Source of the DNA: Felis catus | Taxonomy: Eukaryota | Direction: 5' to 3' | NCBI RefSeq assembly: GCF_018350175.1 | Contig: NC_058368.1 | Span: 127,970,001 to 128,034,000 of the forward strand | DNA length: 64,000 bases | Shown here: positions 36,875 to 51,200 of the stretch, in pieces | Layout of the letters: every line of letters begins with the position of its first letter | Numbering within the stretch: position 1 is the stretch's first letter | Program-made: the position numbers and the translations under genes | The notes under the pieces: generated by a model | What the model was told of the DNA's origin: nothing | Database searches by the model: none | What the model saw: the letters and a program-made list of their open reading frames with translations, nothing else

Positions 36875-37325
36875 ATTACTTTGGTGTCCCCCAATAAGCC
36901 ATGCTTCCTAGCACCATATTCTCTTGTCATTCTCTTCTTTTGAACCTGAGAAGGCTCTGTATACTTGTTCTAAGCAACAAGTGCTACAGAAGTAACTCTG
37001 TTCTGGTTTCCAAGCCCAAGCATTACAAAGGCCTAGAAGCTTCTACTCCAGTACTCTTGAATATCCTGAGCTGCCATGTAAAAGTTTCTACCAATGGAGA
37101 GATTGCATGAAAGACCATGTGAAAACAGAGAAGCCCAGTCATTCAAGCATCCCAACTGAGCCTAACCCCAGGACATGGCTGGCTGAATATAGCCACAGAA
37201 GCCACAGAAGTAACCACCAGCAACACCATTAACCCTGATCCATGTTTAAGAATCATGAGAATAGTAATAATGGTTATTTTTTAAGCCACTAAGTTACAGG
37301 GCAGTTTGAAAGTAGTTATAAAGAA
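36875..37325 (+). mobile_element. Old MaLR (MLT1H/I-like) solo LTR
   Basis: ccaagcccaag...cctgagctgccatgtaa...agaatcatgagaatagtaataatggttattttttaagccactaagt. Confidence 0.65.
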
Positions 37326-37996
37326 GCATCTACAAACTAAGAATAATTAGGCATCAATTATAAAAAATTCTATAGAAGTTCACTGATGCATCTGTAGTTT
37401 TTAATATCAATTTTATTTTTTCTGCTCAAAATAAAAAGCCAAAAAATCCTAAGTATAGAATTCTGAGACTCTAGAAGATTGTAATTTAATAGTAGAAGTA
37501 TAGGAAGCTCAGCGCTCGTGAATAATACACATTCTAGCAGTTTGGATATATTCACTTCAGAACTTCAGGTATCTTTTAATCTAATATTTGTCTAGTATTA
37601 CTTTTTAAAGTTGATGATGCACTGTTTGCATAGAGAAATGTTAACTACAAAATTAAATCATTTCTTTCACAAGGTTAACAATTACACTTTTCTTATAAAG
37701 TCGTATGTTTGTCAGTCACAATGTCTTCTCCTGAGATGAGGCCATCAGAGTGGCTTGATTGCAAAATTCTTAAAATATAGGTAAAATAAAGGTATTTTAC
37801 AGTGAAGGATTATAAAAGAGACATGTAGACCTTGAACTGAAGTTTCAGATTATTTCAGAGAAGTTAAGAAGAGACAAGTAACCCTTTATTCTTGATTTAT
37901 AAAAGATCTTCTAAGTTCTGAAAGATACCATTATTTCCCAAAGGCTAATGGAGAAATCCACACGATCAAACAGATCTCTTTTAATAAAAGTCATAT

Positions 37997-38197
37997 GGGG
38001 CGCCTGGGTGGCGCAGTCGGTTAAGCGTCCGACTTCAGCCAGGTCACGATCTCGCGGTCCGTGAGTTCGAGCCCCGCGTCAGGCTCTGGGCTGATGGCTC
38101 AGAGCCTGGAGCCTGCTTCCGATTCTGTGTCTCCCTCTCCCTCTGCCCTCCCCCGTTCATGCTCTGTCTCTCTCTGTCTCAAAAATAAATAAACATT

Positions 38198-38225
<28 letters not shown>
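37997..38225 (+). mobile_element. Young SINEC_Fc-type Can-SINE, near-intact
   Basis: ggggcgcctgggtggcgcagtcggttaagcgtccg head with CpGs retained, intact B-box gagttcgagccc, pure A-tail, perfect TSD taaaagtcata at 37985-37995 and 38226-38236. Confidence 0.98.
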
Positions 38226-38229
<4 letters not shown>

Positions 38230-39689
38230 AGTCATAACGATGAAGATGCTCACATCCCAAATGGTGGTGCACTTACTAGCATCAAAAGTAAATTCCCATT
38301 TAATCAACTTCTCTGAACAATCACTTGGGTCTGGCTTTTAGAAACCTGGTTTTAAAAGAGTAGATAAAGTAGCAAGAATCAACACCTGATTTTGAACACT
38401 TCCCCAGCTGCAATCATAGCAGTTATTCAGCAAAGTTTCATTAGAGAAACCTGGAATTCAGCCCAATCATTTTGGACAGAAATGGTCTTACATAACTCTT
38501 CTTCAATCTAAAGGCAGTTTAGCCTCCTCACAGAAGGAGCTATTGCTGCTGAAGGGACATTTTCACTCTATTACATTAATTGTTTGGATAGTGCTGACCA
38601 CATAACACCCAAGCTCCTCAAAGGAAAAAAAAAAAAAAAAACAAAAAACAAAAAACAGCACAACAAGCATCTTGGGAGTCTATGCTCTATCTACAATGTA
38701 GACTTAGTGCTCATGGTTTATTTGTTTTTAATCAACAACGAACTATGAAAGGTAAGAATCTAACCAAAAAACCCTACAGCTTTAAAAAAAAAAAAAAACA
38801 CTGAAATGCGAACTAAAAATACTTAAACACTTCCTGAGGGCTTTATTCATTTCCAAAATAGGGGGTTTGGGGACATCATTTAGGTTCAAAGAAAAAACAA
38901 GCCACTATTCCTGAATATTACAGTAAAAAAATATTGGTAAAAAAAAAAAAAGGAACAACATAATGTGTTTTGCAATGGAGAAATTTATTCTAGTGCTCTG
39001 TTTCTCATTCCTTGAGAGCCACCCATATCCTGAATGTATGAATCATTCTAAGTCTTTCTCTGCCATTAGCAGAAGCATTCTCACCACTGGTGTAACTCAC
39101 TATTGTTTTGGCAAAAACAACAGTGGGGGACAATGATTTCAATTCTAGTTGACATTAGAACAAAGTAATTAGGAAACTTCTTTCCACGTAAAAAAAGTAT
39201 TCCTTGACTGTCAGGATGTTTTATTAAAGAGAACTTCCAGTCAATGGGAGAGAAGAAAATGTGAGGTTGAATGAGTAGGATAAAACAAGAAAAGGTCTTA
39301 GCCTCTATTATGTTTACAAAAGCTTCCTTGAGGAGTTTTCCAAAATCACTTGGCAGCCTAATGTGAAATGAAGCTTGAAAAGCAATGGTATGGTAAACAC
39401 CATCTATCAGAATTAGGCAGGCTTTGGCAAAGGCTCTGGAAGATGTCAGATGAAACAGTTGGTTCTGGCATGAACAGGGTTTAAGGTTTGTCCTTTTCCC
39501 TGGTCTCTCATTGCTCCTACCTGTTTTCATGGAGAGTGTGGGGATGACCTGGGGGGATGATAAAAGGTACAAGCTTGCTAGAAAGGAAAGAGAATGCATG
39601 TTCATTAGGAAAAAAAAAGCAGACAAAAGTGGGAATAGTTCATAAAAGTAGGAACAAATTAAAACTATGGATTTTTTGGAAGGAGGAAC

Positions 39690-40135
39690 AAATTCGTTCT
39701 CCCACCCTCCAATGGTGATGTTATGATTTAACTTGGGGTAACCACGTTTCCCCATCTCAGGCAATCATGGTGTACGACCCTCCCCTGACCACAGATATTT
39801 GGTCAATGATGGTCATGTGACCCACATGAGATTCCCATGAGATTCAATCCTGAGACTTTCATTAAAACTACTGGAACAGAGAAATTGTTATTTTATTGAG
39901 GATTCTGAAGCAATAGAATGTAAATCTCATGGCAAAGTACATAAGTTGGTAACAGGTTCATGTGCATGGAGTCTGCTTGCATGATGCTAGTACAGAGGTA
40001 AAACTAGTTGTGTGACAGAGAAAAAGTCCAAATGGTATGTCTGAAGTCCTGACCTACCGCCTGGGCTTTTCAATGATCAGATCCACTTAAGTTAGATTAC
40101 CATCACTTGCAACCAACAAAACCCATACCTGAAGC
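39690..40135 (+). mobile_element. Old MaLR (MLT1J/K-like) LTR remnant
   Basis: ggtcatgtgaccca...ttcaatcctgagacttt...catcacttgcaaccaa. Confidence 0.5.
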
Positions 40136-41964
40136 AATACACCAAAAAATGCCAGAGACAAAGTGAGTAACCAAACATTGTATGAAAAGATACACACTTC
40201 AGTCACAATAAATTATTCAAATGAGACTGTTATAATCCTATGGAGCCATTCTATGCCATGATTCCAGCAGTGACCTCTTGGAATGAAGATCCCAAATCCT
40301 TCTGTCTTGAGCCCCTATAACACTGCCAGCTCTGGCCTGGGCACTATGAGGTCCAGCATAAAATCAAGGTCACAGTTAAGCTATGGAGATGAGATATTAA
40401 TAATTGAAGCGGTTGCATAACAGTTTAAGTGATTATGTGCCAAAAATGACCTTTGCAGACAGCATAGGTTGGAGACACCCTGATGTGAGCTGACACAGTG
40501 TGTGAAAAAGGAACTCCCTTAGTTAATTCATTGTTTAATAAATTCCCTTTAATCATCCTCTTGTCCAAGGTTGGTTTCTGACAACAAGGATCTATAGCCA
40601 ACTGTTTCTAAACTATGTAATCTATTAAAAAAAAAAAGAACCACTTTGACATTTTAGGGCCTCAGACACAATGGCTCAGTAGGACATACAAATTTAAAGG
40701 GCTTTAACAATTAACGCAGTTTTGAGTAATCATGATATAAAGTTTGGTAACATTAAGACACAATGAAATACTACAGGAAATACTTCAAAATAACAACAGA
40801 TATCAAGCAATGTTCTGGTTATCATTATGGTTCTGTTGTCCTAAGACAATAACTTAGTTGCTGAGGGGTGCAAGCAGGTCATGCGAGGATTTTAAGTCAA
40901 CAAGTAATCCTGCTTTCTTGCAACTTCAAATCCTTTAAGTCTGTGGTCACTTCTCCTTGGATTACTGAGAGGATAAGCAGTAATTTTCTTGGTGTTGATG
41001 TTTTGCCTTACTCAAACATGATGGGCCAAAATATTGCAGTTTTGTTCCTTAGTCTCAAGTGCTGGTAAATTCAAACATGTGAAGCCACATCAAAGGTTCA
41101 CTCTTGAAACACCAACTGAGACATGATGGTGTCTCGGAGCCTGTGCTCTGAACCACTGTCAGCCACTGCATCCTTTTACACACGTATTTCCAACAAGGGA
41201 AACCACAGGGATTTCTCAACCACGTGTGCTAAATTGGGTAAAGCAGGTTATTTCACAAAGATCCAGGAAGCATAATTATTACTAAGCATTTTCAGACCCA
41301 TCAGCAAGGAACAAACTGTTCACAACACAAGAAGAAGCCTTAGACTAGCCCATGGAATAGAAAGGGTAAACTGAAACCTGCTCTGTGGAGCTAATATATA
41401 CTCAGGTTTCTCTCCAAGAAATAAAAACACCAGGGCAGAGGGTAAAACAGAACAAATAAAATTATTTAAAAGGTCTTCAGACACTGAGAAAAAGAAACAT
41501 TAAAATTTTAATGTGACCTTGGAATTCAAAATAGTGAACAAATTCAACAGCAGCCATACCATCAACAAAAACAAACAAAAAAACATATACTCAAAACTGA
41601 AGGAGGGGGGTATTAAATAATTCCACTTATCTGTTAATACTTGGAGGAGAGGATTTCTCAAACTCAACTAAAAAATCAGAACCCATATAAATATGTCAAA
41701 GCAAAATCTCATAAAAAGAAGGTGAGCAAAGAACAAGTAAACTCATACATATTAGATGTATCTATATAGCTTTGAAGGAGAACAGCAGGAGGGGTCATGG
41801 CCAGCCACCCATGCACATGCGCGCACATGTGCACGCGCACAAAGTCATACACTCCTGATCCTCTTGTGTCATTCACTCCAATACATATTTACTAAATCAA
41901 CTATGTAATAAGTATTTTGCTAGGCACCTGAAGGTATATAATACACTTCTAATATTAAAATGTT

Positions 41965-42170
41965 AGATGCACGTGGGTGGCTCAGTGGGTTAAGCATCCG
42001 ACTTCAGCTCAAGTCATGATCTCAAGGCTTGTGAGTTCGAGCCCCACATTGGATTCAGTGCTGACAGCTTGGAGCCTGGAGCGTGCTTCCAATTATGTGT
42101 CTCCCTCTCTCTCTCTCTGCCACTCCCCTGCTCATGCTCACTCGCTCTCTCTCTCAATAATAAATAAACA
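41965..42170 (+). mobile_element. Can-SINE (felid type)
   Basis: gggtggctcagtgggttaagcatccgacttcagctc head; ctaatattaaaa repeated at 41949-41960 and 42171-42182. Confidence 0.95.
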
Positions 42171-42504
42171 CTAATATTAAAACTTTAATGGTTATTAGTT
42201 TCTTAAAGCTGTCAGGTTCCAAGGACCACTGACTAGAGATTTAATTCTTAAACCAGGGGTTCCCAAATTTAGGATTTTATGAAACAATATAATTTTTACA
42301 TTAAAAAATACTCTCAGGTCAATATAGGAGTGCCAACATTTTATTTTGTAAATTAAAGGCCATACAACGTAAGTGCCATCAACTACAACTGTCATTTCCT
42401 TTTTTTTTTTTTCTTTAAGCAAAGGGAAATGTTAACAATGTAAAATAGGGAGGTCAGACACTCAGAGGAAGAGACAATTCCCAAGGAAGAGATACTGTGG
42501 TCTT

Positions 42505-44215
42505 CAAATTGTTTTTCTAGTCCACTCTCCTCTCTATGGTACTCCAATTATGCATATGTAGCTGTACTTAATGCCATCTGATATGTCTGTGAGGTTCTTT
42601 TTACTTCTCTTCATTATTGTTTCTCTCTGTTCTTTAGACTGCATAATTTCTATCAATATATCTTTATTGAGTTTTTCTACCGCCAGATCAAATCTGTTGA
42701 ACCCCGCTAGTAAATTTCTCATTTAGGTTATTTTAATTTTCAACTCCAGAATTTCTATTTGGTTCTTTTTAAATAATTCCTATCCCTTTATTGACATTCT
42801 CTACTTGATGAAATACTGTTACTATACCTTCCTTTCCTTTTTTAAGTATGATTGTCTTCAATTCTTTGAATATATAATAGCTGTTTTGACATCTGTGTCT
42901 GGTAAGTCTGGTGAGGAACCTTGTTCCTTTCAAATGAAATTATTCTTGCCTCCTTTTTCTAGTCTGTGGGTCACACTTTGTTTTTTTGCATGCCTTGTAA
43001 TTTTTTGTTGAAAACTGGACATTTTAGACCATATATTCCAGCAACTCTGGATACTGATCCCAAACGCCTGGGGCTTGTCATTGTTGTTTGCTTGCTTTGT
43101 TTAGTAGTTTGGCTGCACTATTTCAGAGAAGTCTATTTCTTCTGCAGTTTGAAACCTCTCCCATCACTCTTCAGAGGGCACAGTCTTGGACACACTCACA
43201 ATCACCTTTGGATGACAGTTTTAGCATGACTCCCTGTGACTACTTATTTCCCTGATCTCTAAGTTTTTTGGTAAAATACTGGCTATGGGCTTCTGCTAAT
43301 TGCTGGATGATTGCTCTGTTGTTTTCAGCAATGCCTGGGTAATAAACTGTTCCACAGTCTAAACCAATTAAACTTGGGCCTCTTCTAGGGGTGGTATTTG
43401 AGACTTGATTCAAGGCTTGTTGCAAGCCCAGAAGGACTTGTAACTATCTTTCTCTGGTACTCTCTGTGAAACATCTGACTGGTCTACAAATTCTCTTTTT
43501 GTTGTCTTGGAGTGAGCAATCTTTTTTCCTTGGGGAGAACTATATAGTTCTGTCTTTCCCCCTGAGAAAAATCTCTGCAACACTGCTCTGGATCAGGGGT
43601 AGAGACAGTGGCCTGATTCTCTGAGTAGCCCTGCCTTTACAAGCAGGGTGCTGAAGAGAAACAATAACCCGTGATCTTCTAGGTCTTGCCTCTCTTGATG
43701 TGGAAACTCTCTGTGCTAGAAACTGGTGTGGTGATTGGAGCCCATTAACCTTAGTCGGCCATGCCTAAGGTCAAGCTTTTACCCTACAAGACAGAGATGA
43801 ATGCTTCAGACTTCTAAGTCCTCTTGTCTCAGAGTTCTACAACACAGAGCTGGGGATGAGGGGAAGGATTAGAAACGCTGGTGGACAGTCCCTCCAGGGG
43901 AGATTCTGTGGCCCCAGAATGGAATCTTGGGGGAGAGGGAGCCCCATGCTTTGAATGCAATTACCTGGAATGCAAGATTAGTTAGGATAAATTGGTGGGG
44001 CAGAAGAAGGGGAATGTGTCATGGCTTAAATGCCACGAACTCTGTGGTGACCTCAGTCTAGTCCATTTTCTTGAATACAGATTTCTCCATTTGCTATATA
44101 CCCTTGGGATAATTTCCAGACTTAAACAGTTAGGTTTTTAGAATAAGTTGCACCAGTTACTGTTGTTTCACTGAGGAGCCAGTCCACGGAGCAACTCAGG
44201 CTACCATGTCAAAAG
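42505..44215 (-). mobile_element. Old L1M 5'UTR/ORF1 fragment
   Basis: ORF 42534-42722(-) ...EQRETIMKRSKKNLTDISDGIKYSYICIIGVP resembles the L1 ORF1p coiled-coil/IIGVP motif; flanked by L1M 5' sequence. Confidence 0.8.
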
Positions 44216-44998
44216 CTGATTTCTAGTTTGTTTGTTTGTTTGTTTATTTGTTTCCCCTCATTGTGCTGTATAGTCTGGTGAAAATTTTGTAACACCTCCA
44301 CTAAAATCAATGTCTTACAAACTATGGTATACTGCTAAATTTGAGGGATTAACATCAAGATAAGGCTATTCACTAAGATTTTCCTAGGATTTCATCAGTT
44401 TTTCCACTAATGTCTTTTTTCTATTTCTGTATACTACACTGCCTTCAGTCTGGGATGTTCTTAAAATGCAAAGTCTTCATTTTATACAATTATACCTTCT
44501 ATACTATTATGATTAGTTATAAGTAGGCAGAAATGCACCAAAGTTCTTTGAAATACAAGGCTTTTTGTTAACCATGAACTTCTAGTTAATTATGCAGCCT
44601 CTACTTGATTCTTTACACTATAAGCAAGAATGACAGCCTGGTTGGCTCTCCTCACCTCTTATTATAAACTCAATGATAAGTACTCATCACATACTCTGAG
44701 CATTAGTGTTGCAAATGGCTCTAGGAGGTCACCTAGAAGAGCACTCTTGGTTCACTGAAAGTAAAACTGAAGCCCAGAAAAGAACATAACTTTTATAAAG
44801 TTCATACAGCTATTAATCTCCAATCCAGTGTGATTTTCTTATCATCACACCATCCCCAACTCTCCCAACATTTTCACACTTGGAGAGTGCAAATGCCCCC
44901 TTTATATGTTATTATTATCAACTATTTCAATGAAATAAAAAAAATTAAAAAACAACATACTATTGTGCCCTAACTCATATTAAAACGTAACAGTTCAT

Positions 44999-45190
44999 GG
45001 GGCACCTGGGTGGCTCAGTCAGTTGAGCATTCAACTTCAGTTCAGATCATGATCTCACGGTTCATGAGTTCAAGCCCCATATCAGGCTCATTGCTGTCAG
45101 CGTGGAGCCCTCTTTGAATCCTTTCTCCTCCTCTCTCTGCCCCTCCCCCTCTTGCACTATCTCAAAAATAAACATTTTAAATAAATAAAT
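44999..45190 (+). mobile_element. Can-SINE
   Basis: ggggcacctgggtggctcagtcagttgagc head, CT tract, aataaa tail. Confidence 0.95.
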
Positions 45191-45274
45191 ATTTATTGTT
45201 TTTTGGTTTTTCAAGCAAAACAAAAATCTTAACAGGTCATTGTATTTCTCCTTTTTTAAAGGAAAAGAAATCAA

Positions 45275-45721
45275 TTCAACTCCAAACGAATATGACCAAT
45301 GTATTTGTTATCAAAGATTGAAAAGTCAGTCAATGGAGGAAATACTGTAGGTGCTAGAACAATCCTACAGATATCCATAGGTGAAAAATAAAAAGAACCC
45401 TGATCCAAACCTTACCATTTACTAAAAAATTAACTCAAAATGGATGGTAGACCTAAATGTAAAGCGTAAAACCATAAAAACTTTTAGCAGATAACAGGAG
45501 AAAATCTTCAGGGCTTAGATCTTACTGAAATACAGAATAACACCAAAAGCACTATACATAAAAGAAAAATATCAGTAACTTGCACTTCATCAAAATTAAA
45601 ATCTTTTGTTCTGTGAATGATCCTGTTAAGAGGATGAAAAGACAAGCTATAGACTGAGAGGAATATTTGTTAACTAAAGATTATAAGACCCATAACTATA
45701 ATTTTTAAAATACCAAAAAAC

Positions 45722-45773
<52 letters not shown>

Positions 45774-46870
45774 GAAAAAGAAAAGCCTTCTCAAAACTCC
45801 ACAGTAATAAAACAAACAATCCAATTAGAAAATGGTCAAAAGACACTGACACTTCACTGAAGAGGATATGTGGATGGCAAATAAGCACATGCAAAGATGC
45901 TCAACATCACTAACTATGGGAGGCAGACTAATGCCCCTCCAAAGATGTCCACATCCAGCCTCCAGAATCTGTGAATATGTTACATTGCATGGCAAAGGAG
46001 AATCAAGGTTGCTATTTAGCTAATCTTAAAATAGAGCAGTTATCCTCAATTACCTGGGTAGGCCCAATATAATCTGAAGTCTTTAAAAGTCCTTAAAAGT
46101 GGGATCCTAAGGCAAAAGAGGTCTGAATGGATGTTTGAACACAGAGGAAGGGGGTCAGGAAACAAGAAATATGGAAGCTGGAAAAGGGAAAGAAGCAGAT
46201 TGTCCTCCAGTACCTACAAAAAGAACACTCTCTGTCAGCACCTTTATCCAGCCTTGTGAGACCTGTGTAAGATTCGTAATATAAAGAACTATAAGATAAT
46301 GTTTGTATTGCTTTAAGCCACAAAGTTTGTGGTTACTTGTTACAGCAGCAAGAGAAAAATAATACACTACCAACTAGAGAAATTTAAAGTAAAAATATGA
46401 TGAGATCACTAGTTACTCATTAGAACAGCTAAAATTAAAAATAGTGATACCAAATACTTGCAAAGATCCAAAAAACCGTATCTTTCATATATGGTTGGGG
46501 GAATACAAAAGAGTACAGTGACAATCTTGAAACAATAAAATTTTATAGATATGGGAAACAAATTAGGTGGTTGCCAAATTAGTTTAGGGACCACAGGGGA
46601 AAGGGAGTGGATGTGATTATAAAAGCATAGTATTGGAATATTTCATAATGATAGAACTGTTCTGAATCTTAATTGAGATGGTGGTTACACAAATCCACAT
46701 GTGTGATAAAATGACAAAGATCTATATACACACAATTGACCAATGTCAAACTCCTTGTTTTGATATTATACTATGGTAATAGGTATAATCATCAGGTGAA
46801 AATGAGTGAAAGGTAAACAGGATAGGTATGTATTATTGTATAATCTATATTATCAAATAAAGAGTTGAAA
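45275..46870 (+). mobile_element. Old L1M 3' fragment with nested MLT1 and (GAAA)n (45722-45770)
   Basis: aattaactcaaaatggat...gacctaaatgtaa; cttcatcaaaattaaaa; gatggcaaataagcacatgcaaagatgctcaacatcac. Confidence 0.88.
45915..46366 (+). mobile_element. MaLR solo LTR (MLT1D-like)
   Basis: ggcagactaatgcccctccaaagatgtccacatcc ... ttgttacagcagcaagagaaaaataataca. Confidence 0.9.
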
Positions 46871-46899
46871 AGAAAATTCGTACAGATTTAAAAAACCCC

Positions 46900-49800
46900 T
46901 TGAAACCCTCTCTCTCTGATCCCATTTCCATTCCTCCTTACCTCCCTTCACAGAAGTATCCTAAAATTAATGTTCAGAATTTCCATTCTTAAAATTATGT
47001 TACTACCTATTAATATATTCTTTGAAAATAAAGAACACTGTTTTGCATGTCCTAAAATTTAATGTAAATGATATATCATTAATTTTTCTGTAACTTGTTT
47101 TTCCTTAATTTTCTATTGTTGAGATCAAACCATGTTAATGCATCTCATGGAGTAATACTTATCTACTGGACTCCAGTCTACTATATAAATACACCACCTT
47201 TTATTTGCACATTCTTCTAATTATGGACATACAGAATTTTTTCTGGTACTATGCCATTATGGAACTATGCCAAAATAAACATTTAAGTGCATGTCTCCTG
47301 GTGAACATATATAAATATGTTTCTATGATAGATGCCTAGAAGTGGAATTTCTGTTTTAGGATATGTATGTTGTTAAATTTACTAAAATAGGTCAAACTCC
47401 TTTCCCAGTTGGTCGTACCAATTTATTCTTCTACATCATAGACAATATTTGGTATTTTCAGATTATAGTTTTTAACCCAACTGTTGAGTATGAAATGTAA
47501 CTGTCTCTTCTGTACAGATACTTCATTTTAAGATAGTCATTATTTTTCTGCATGGTTTGTGTTTTAATGTCTGCCTTAAGAAACCCTTCCCTACTCATTG
47601 GTCAGAAAGATATTCTCATCCTTTCTCATACATTCTCATACTTTCTTCTAAAAATGTATTTTTTTTTACTTTTCCTTTCACTTTTATAGAAACATTAGGT
47701 CTAGGGTTTAATCTGTATTTGGAATGAGGAAGGGATCTTAGTATGTTTATTCCCTCCATATGAATCATTACTTCTCTATTTACTAGATCCTTTCTATACT
47801 CATTTATAATACATTCTCAGTCATACATGAGCCTGTTTCTGAACTTGGCATATTTATTAGTGTTGCTCCAATGTCCCAATTCTTATTTACTATACCTTTA
47901 GAACACTTCTTGGTATGTGGTATGACTAGTCTCCCTAACTTCTTCAACACAGTATTGGTTATACATTCATATGACCATTAGTGCCTCATAAACACTTTAG
48001 AATCAGCTTGTCAAGTTTCCCCAAACAAATAAACAAAACCACCTCTGTGTAAATTTTTATTATAATTTATAAGCTAATTTAGGAAGTCTTGAATCTTTAT
48101 GATATTAGGTAATTCTACTGTAAGGATGGTATATCTGTCAATTTATTTACATCTTCTTTGTACCTTAAGTACAATTTTTATAATACTATCTTTTAAAAAA
48201 CTTGCACATCTTTTGTTAGATTTATTCCCATGTCTCCAGTTTTTGTTGATAGTTGTCATGGTATCAGCTTTTAAACTGAATTTTTTAATTGTTTATTGGT
48301 TGGGTATGCTAAGTTGGTTTATTTTATATCCAGCAATCTTTCTGAACTTTCATATTTCCAAGTTCTTTTCTGTCAAGTCTCTCCTATTTTGACAGTCATG
48401 TCTCTAGGTAATGGCAATTTCATTTCTCCTTTTTCTTCCCTTTGACTATTTATTTCTTTCCTTTACTTACTAGGCTGCCTAGGACAAGTTATATATAAAC
48501 AGAGATAGAGGCCATTATCCTCCTGTTTTAGATGTAAAGGGGTCATTTCTAATATATGACCAATAGCTGTAACATTTCCAGTATTTTTAAATAAATTTTT
48601 TTCTTGCTCAAGGCTGCAAGAAGTTACCTACTTATCAGTCTTTCAGAAGACCAACTTTTGACTTTGTCTGTTTTATTAATTCTATTTCTTACTTATTATT
48701 TTTTATTACATTTTGTTTGCTGTTTAAGTCTTGAGTCTGATCTAACATTATTAATTTTTAACCTTGTTTTGTTCTCTGATACAGGCATTTACAGATGAAA
48801 TCTTTTGTTTCAGCCTTAACTACCACTTTTATTGCTTCCTGTAAGTTTTATTATGTATTATTTTAAATAATGTTATCATTCAGTTTTAAATATTTTTGAA
48901 TTTCTATTATGTTTTTTGTTTTGACTCATGATTTGTTTAGAATCCTGTTTATTAATTTGAAAGTCCATCTGGGATCTTTTTGTTTTTTTTGCTTAAATTC
49001 TTAATTTCAGATATGGTCTCTTCCCACTTGTCCCAATTCTCACCTTCTAAAATGCCTATTAAACATTCACTGGATTTTCTGATTCTAACATGTCTCTTAA
49101 CTTGTCTTTCATATTTTCTGTTTCTTGCTCTTCAGTAACTTCTGGTTTATTTCTTCAAATTACATTACAGTTGACTAATTCTCTCTTCAGCTGTGTCTAA
49201 TTTGTTCAACCCATTTGACAAATTTTTAGTTTATATTACTGTACTTTTCACTTTTACAATTTCCATCTGGTCTTTTTGCAAATCTAATTTTTCTTCTATG
49301 TATAATTTGGTTTTCATGCCTTAATTATTTTCAATGATCTTATTTATACTCTATGCGATAACTCCATCATGTGGAAGTATTAAATTCTAACGTTACTCTT
49401 TTTTGTGTTTTATAACTTTTATTCATGGGGAATATTTTCTTATATTTTATAAATTATGAGTTAATATTTAGAAGTAATTTATCCTGTAAGAAACCTGTAA
49501 AACGGTTTAAATGACAATATACTTCCTGAGAAGTTTGCAACTGATTCAGCCAAATGTCTCAGAGTTACCAGTTGCCTGGATTAATTTCTTTTGGGTTTAT
49601 TTCTCAAGTTGTGATTCTTTTCCATACTACACAAATAATAAAGATTTAAATCCCAAACCCAAATGAGATACAAATCCACAGTGATATGCCTTTGGAGGAA
49701 ACATTATTTTCTAAGATACAGCTTTCTTATCTCTCCTGTGCTGATGGTAGACTTTTTTTTTCAATAGCCTTCTATTAAAAGGTCATAACTTTGTGCTTAA

Positions 49801-50090
49801 GATCTCTATTCCAACCCAAAGAATCTCAATTTTAATTTCATGTCTCTACATGGTTGTTAAAACTCAAGCCCTTACTTTAGGGAGACTAAATTTTCTCAAG
49901 GGAAGTCACGGTATCCGTTCACATGTTTACCACCTAGGTTTTTAATTCCATCTTTATTTCTGACCCATGGTGATGCCCTTATTTCCTTTTAAGATCAAAT
50001 TGTATGAAACAGATTGTTTATTTTATCTAGTATTTCTAAGTGTTTGTACAAGGTTTGGTATTAAGATTATCAGCCATGTTTCTAGAACCC
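46900..50090 (-). mobile_element. Very old fragmented L1M(E)
   Basis: T-rich; gcctagaagtggaatt, gtaccaattta, gaatcagcttgtcaagtt, tatatccagcaa, ctaattctctcttcagctgtgtctaat motifs. Confidence 0.7.
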
Positions 50091-50399
50091 AAACTAAAAA
50101 ATAACCTCTTTTCTCTAATAAAAATCAACTTAGAGCACAACTGGCAAGATACATCCTTCTTAGTTCCCATAGCCGAAAATCATAGGAAAAAAAATAATTA
50201 AGGTCCATACAAAGCCAAAAGCTCCAATTACCTAGAACTTTACACTGCACTTCACATGGATCCAAATAAGTCTTGCCATTTTCTAGACTCTCATAAGCCC
50301 TTCCAATCATATTTTTCTAGAACCTCTAAGCCCAGATCACTTGCCATGTAAATTTTCTCTGCTCACTATCAACAAATTTCACTGACTTTTCTTCCTTCT

Positions 50400-51200
50400 T
50401 TCCATTCATTCAACACAGCTTTTCTAAGTATATGCAAACTGGGTACCTTGCCAAAAACAAAACTAAACCCTGGACCCACAGAGTTTAAATCTTAGTTCCA
50501 GGTGGAAGAATAAAAATATTAAACAAATTAATAAATATATTTTAAGCTAGAAGAGAAATAAATCAATAAATGTACTCTAGTTTGAACCATACGAAATGGC
50601 CAATATTCTACTGTTCTTGACTCACAGAAAAGGCAATTTCATGTAACTCAATCTAATAGAATATGACAGGTGGTGGTAAGTGCTATGAAGAAGGCAGGGC
50701 AAGTGGTTAAAGGGGGGGTGGGGCGGTAAGTGTGCTATTTTAGATAGCATGGCCACAAAGGCCTTTCTTAGTAATATTTGAACAGAGATGGGAATGAAGC
50801 AAAGAAGTGAGTAATGAGGATATCTGGAAGAATAATGTTCCAGTAATAGGGATATGTATGCGGAAACGTTCTGAGGAGGGTATGGCACACTCAAGGGAAA
50901 GCAAGGAGAACAGAGGGTCCTGAATGGAGTGATTAAGTATGATGTAAGATGAGGGCAGAAAGGCCTAAGGGGCAGGCCAGGAATGCCATGGCAACCACGG
51001 TAAAAACTCTCTGTTTCACTCTTTGTGAGATGCGAAGCCCTGGGAAAGTTTGGACAGAGGTATAGCAAAACCTCACTTGTATTTTCAGTGGTAGGGATGT
51101 CAGCCTCCAGGGGGCAGGATGGATATAGGGAGCTTAGGAGGCTACTACAATAGCCCAAATGGGAGATCATGGCATCATAGACTGGTGACAGCAAAGGCAA
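50400..51200 (-). mobile_element. L2 fragment
   Basis: cattcattcaaca start; ggtaagtgctatgaagaa, tttgaacagagat, gaggctactacaatagccca: reverse L2 motifs. Confidence 0.75.
50575..50658. mobile_element. MADE2-like mariner MITE nested in L2
   Basis: ~84 bp, inverted ends tagtttgaaccatacgaaatggcc / ggcaatttcatgtaactcaatctaata. Confidence 0.8.

Noticed and set aside
39081..39764. Longest ORF (227 aa, minus strand)
   Set aside because: No recognisable domain, F/L/S/I-rich composition typical of T-rich non-coding frames, non-ATG start overlapping an LTR remnant; compatible with chance
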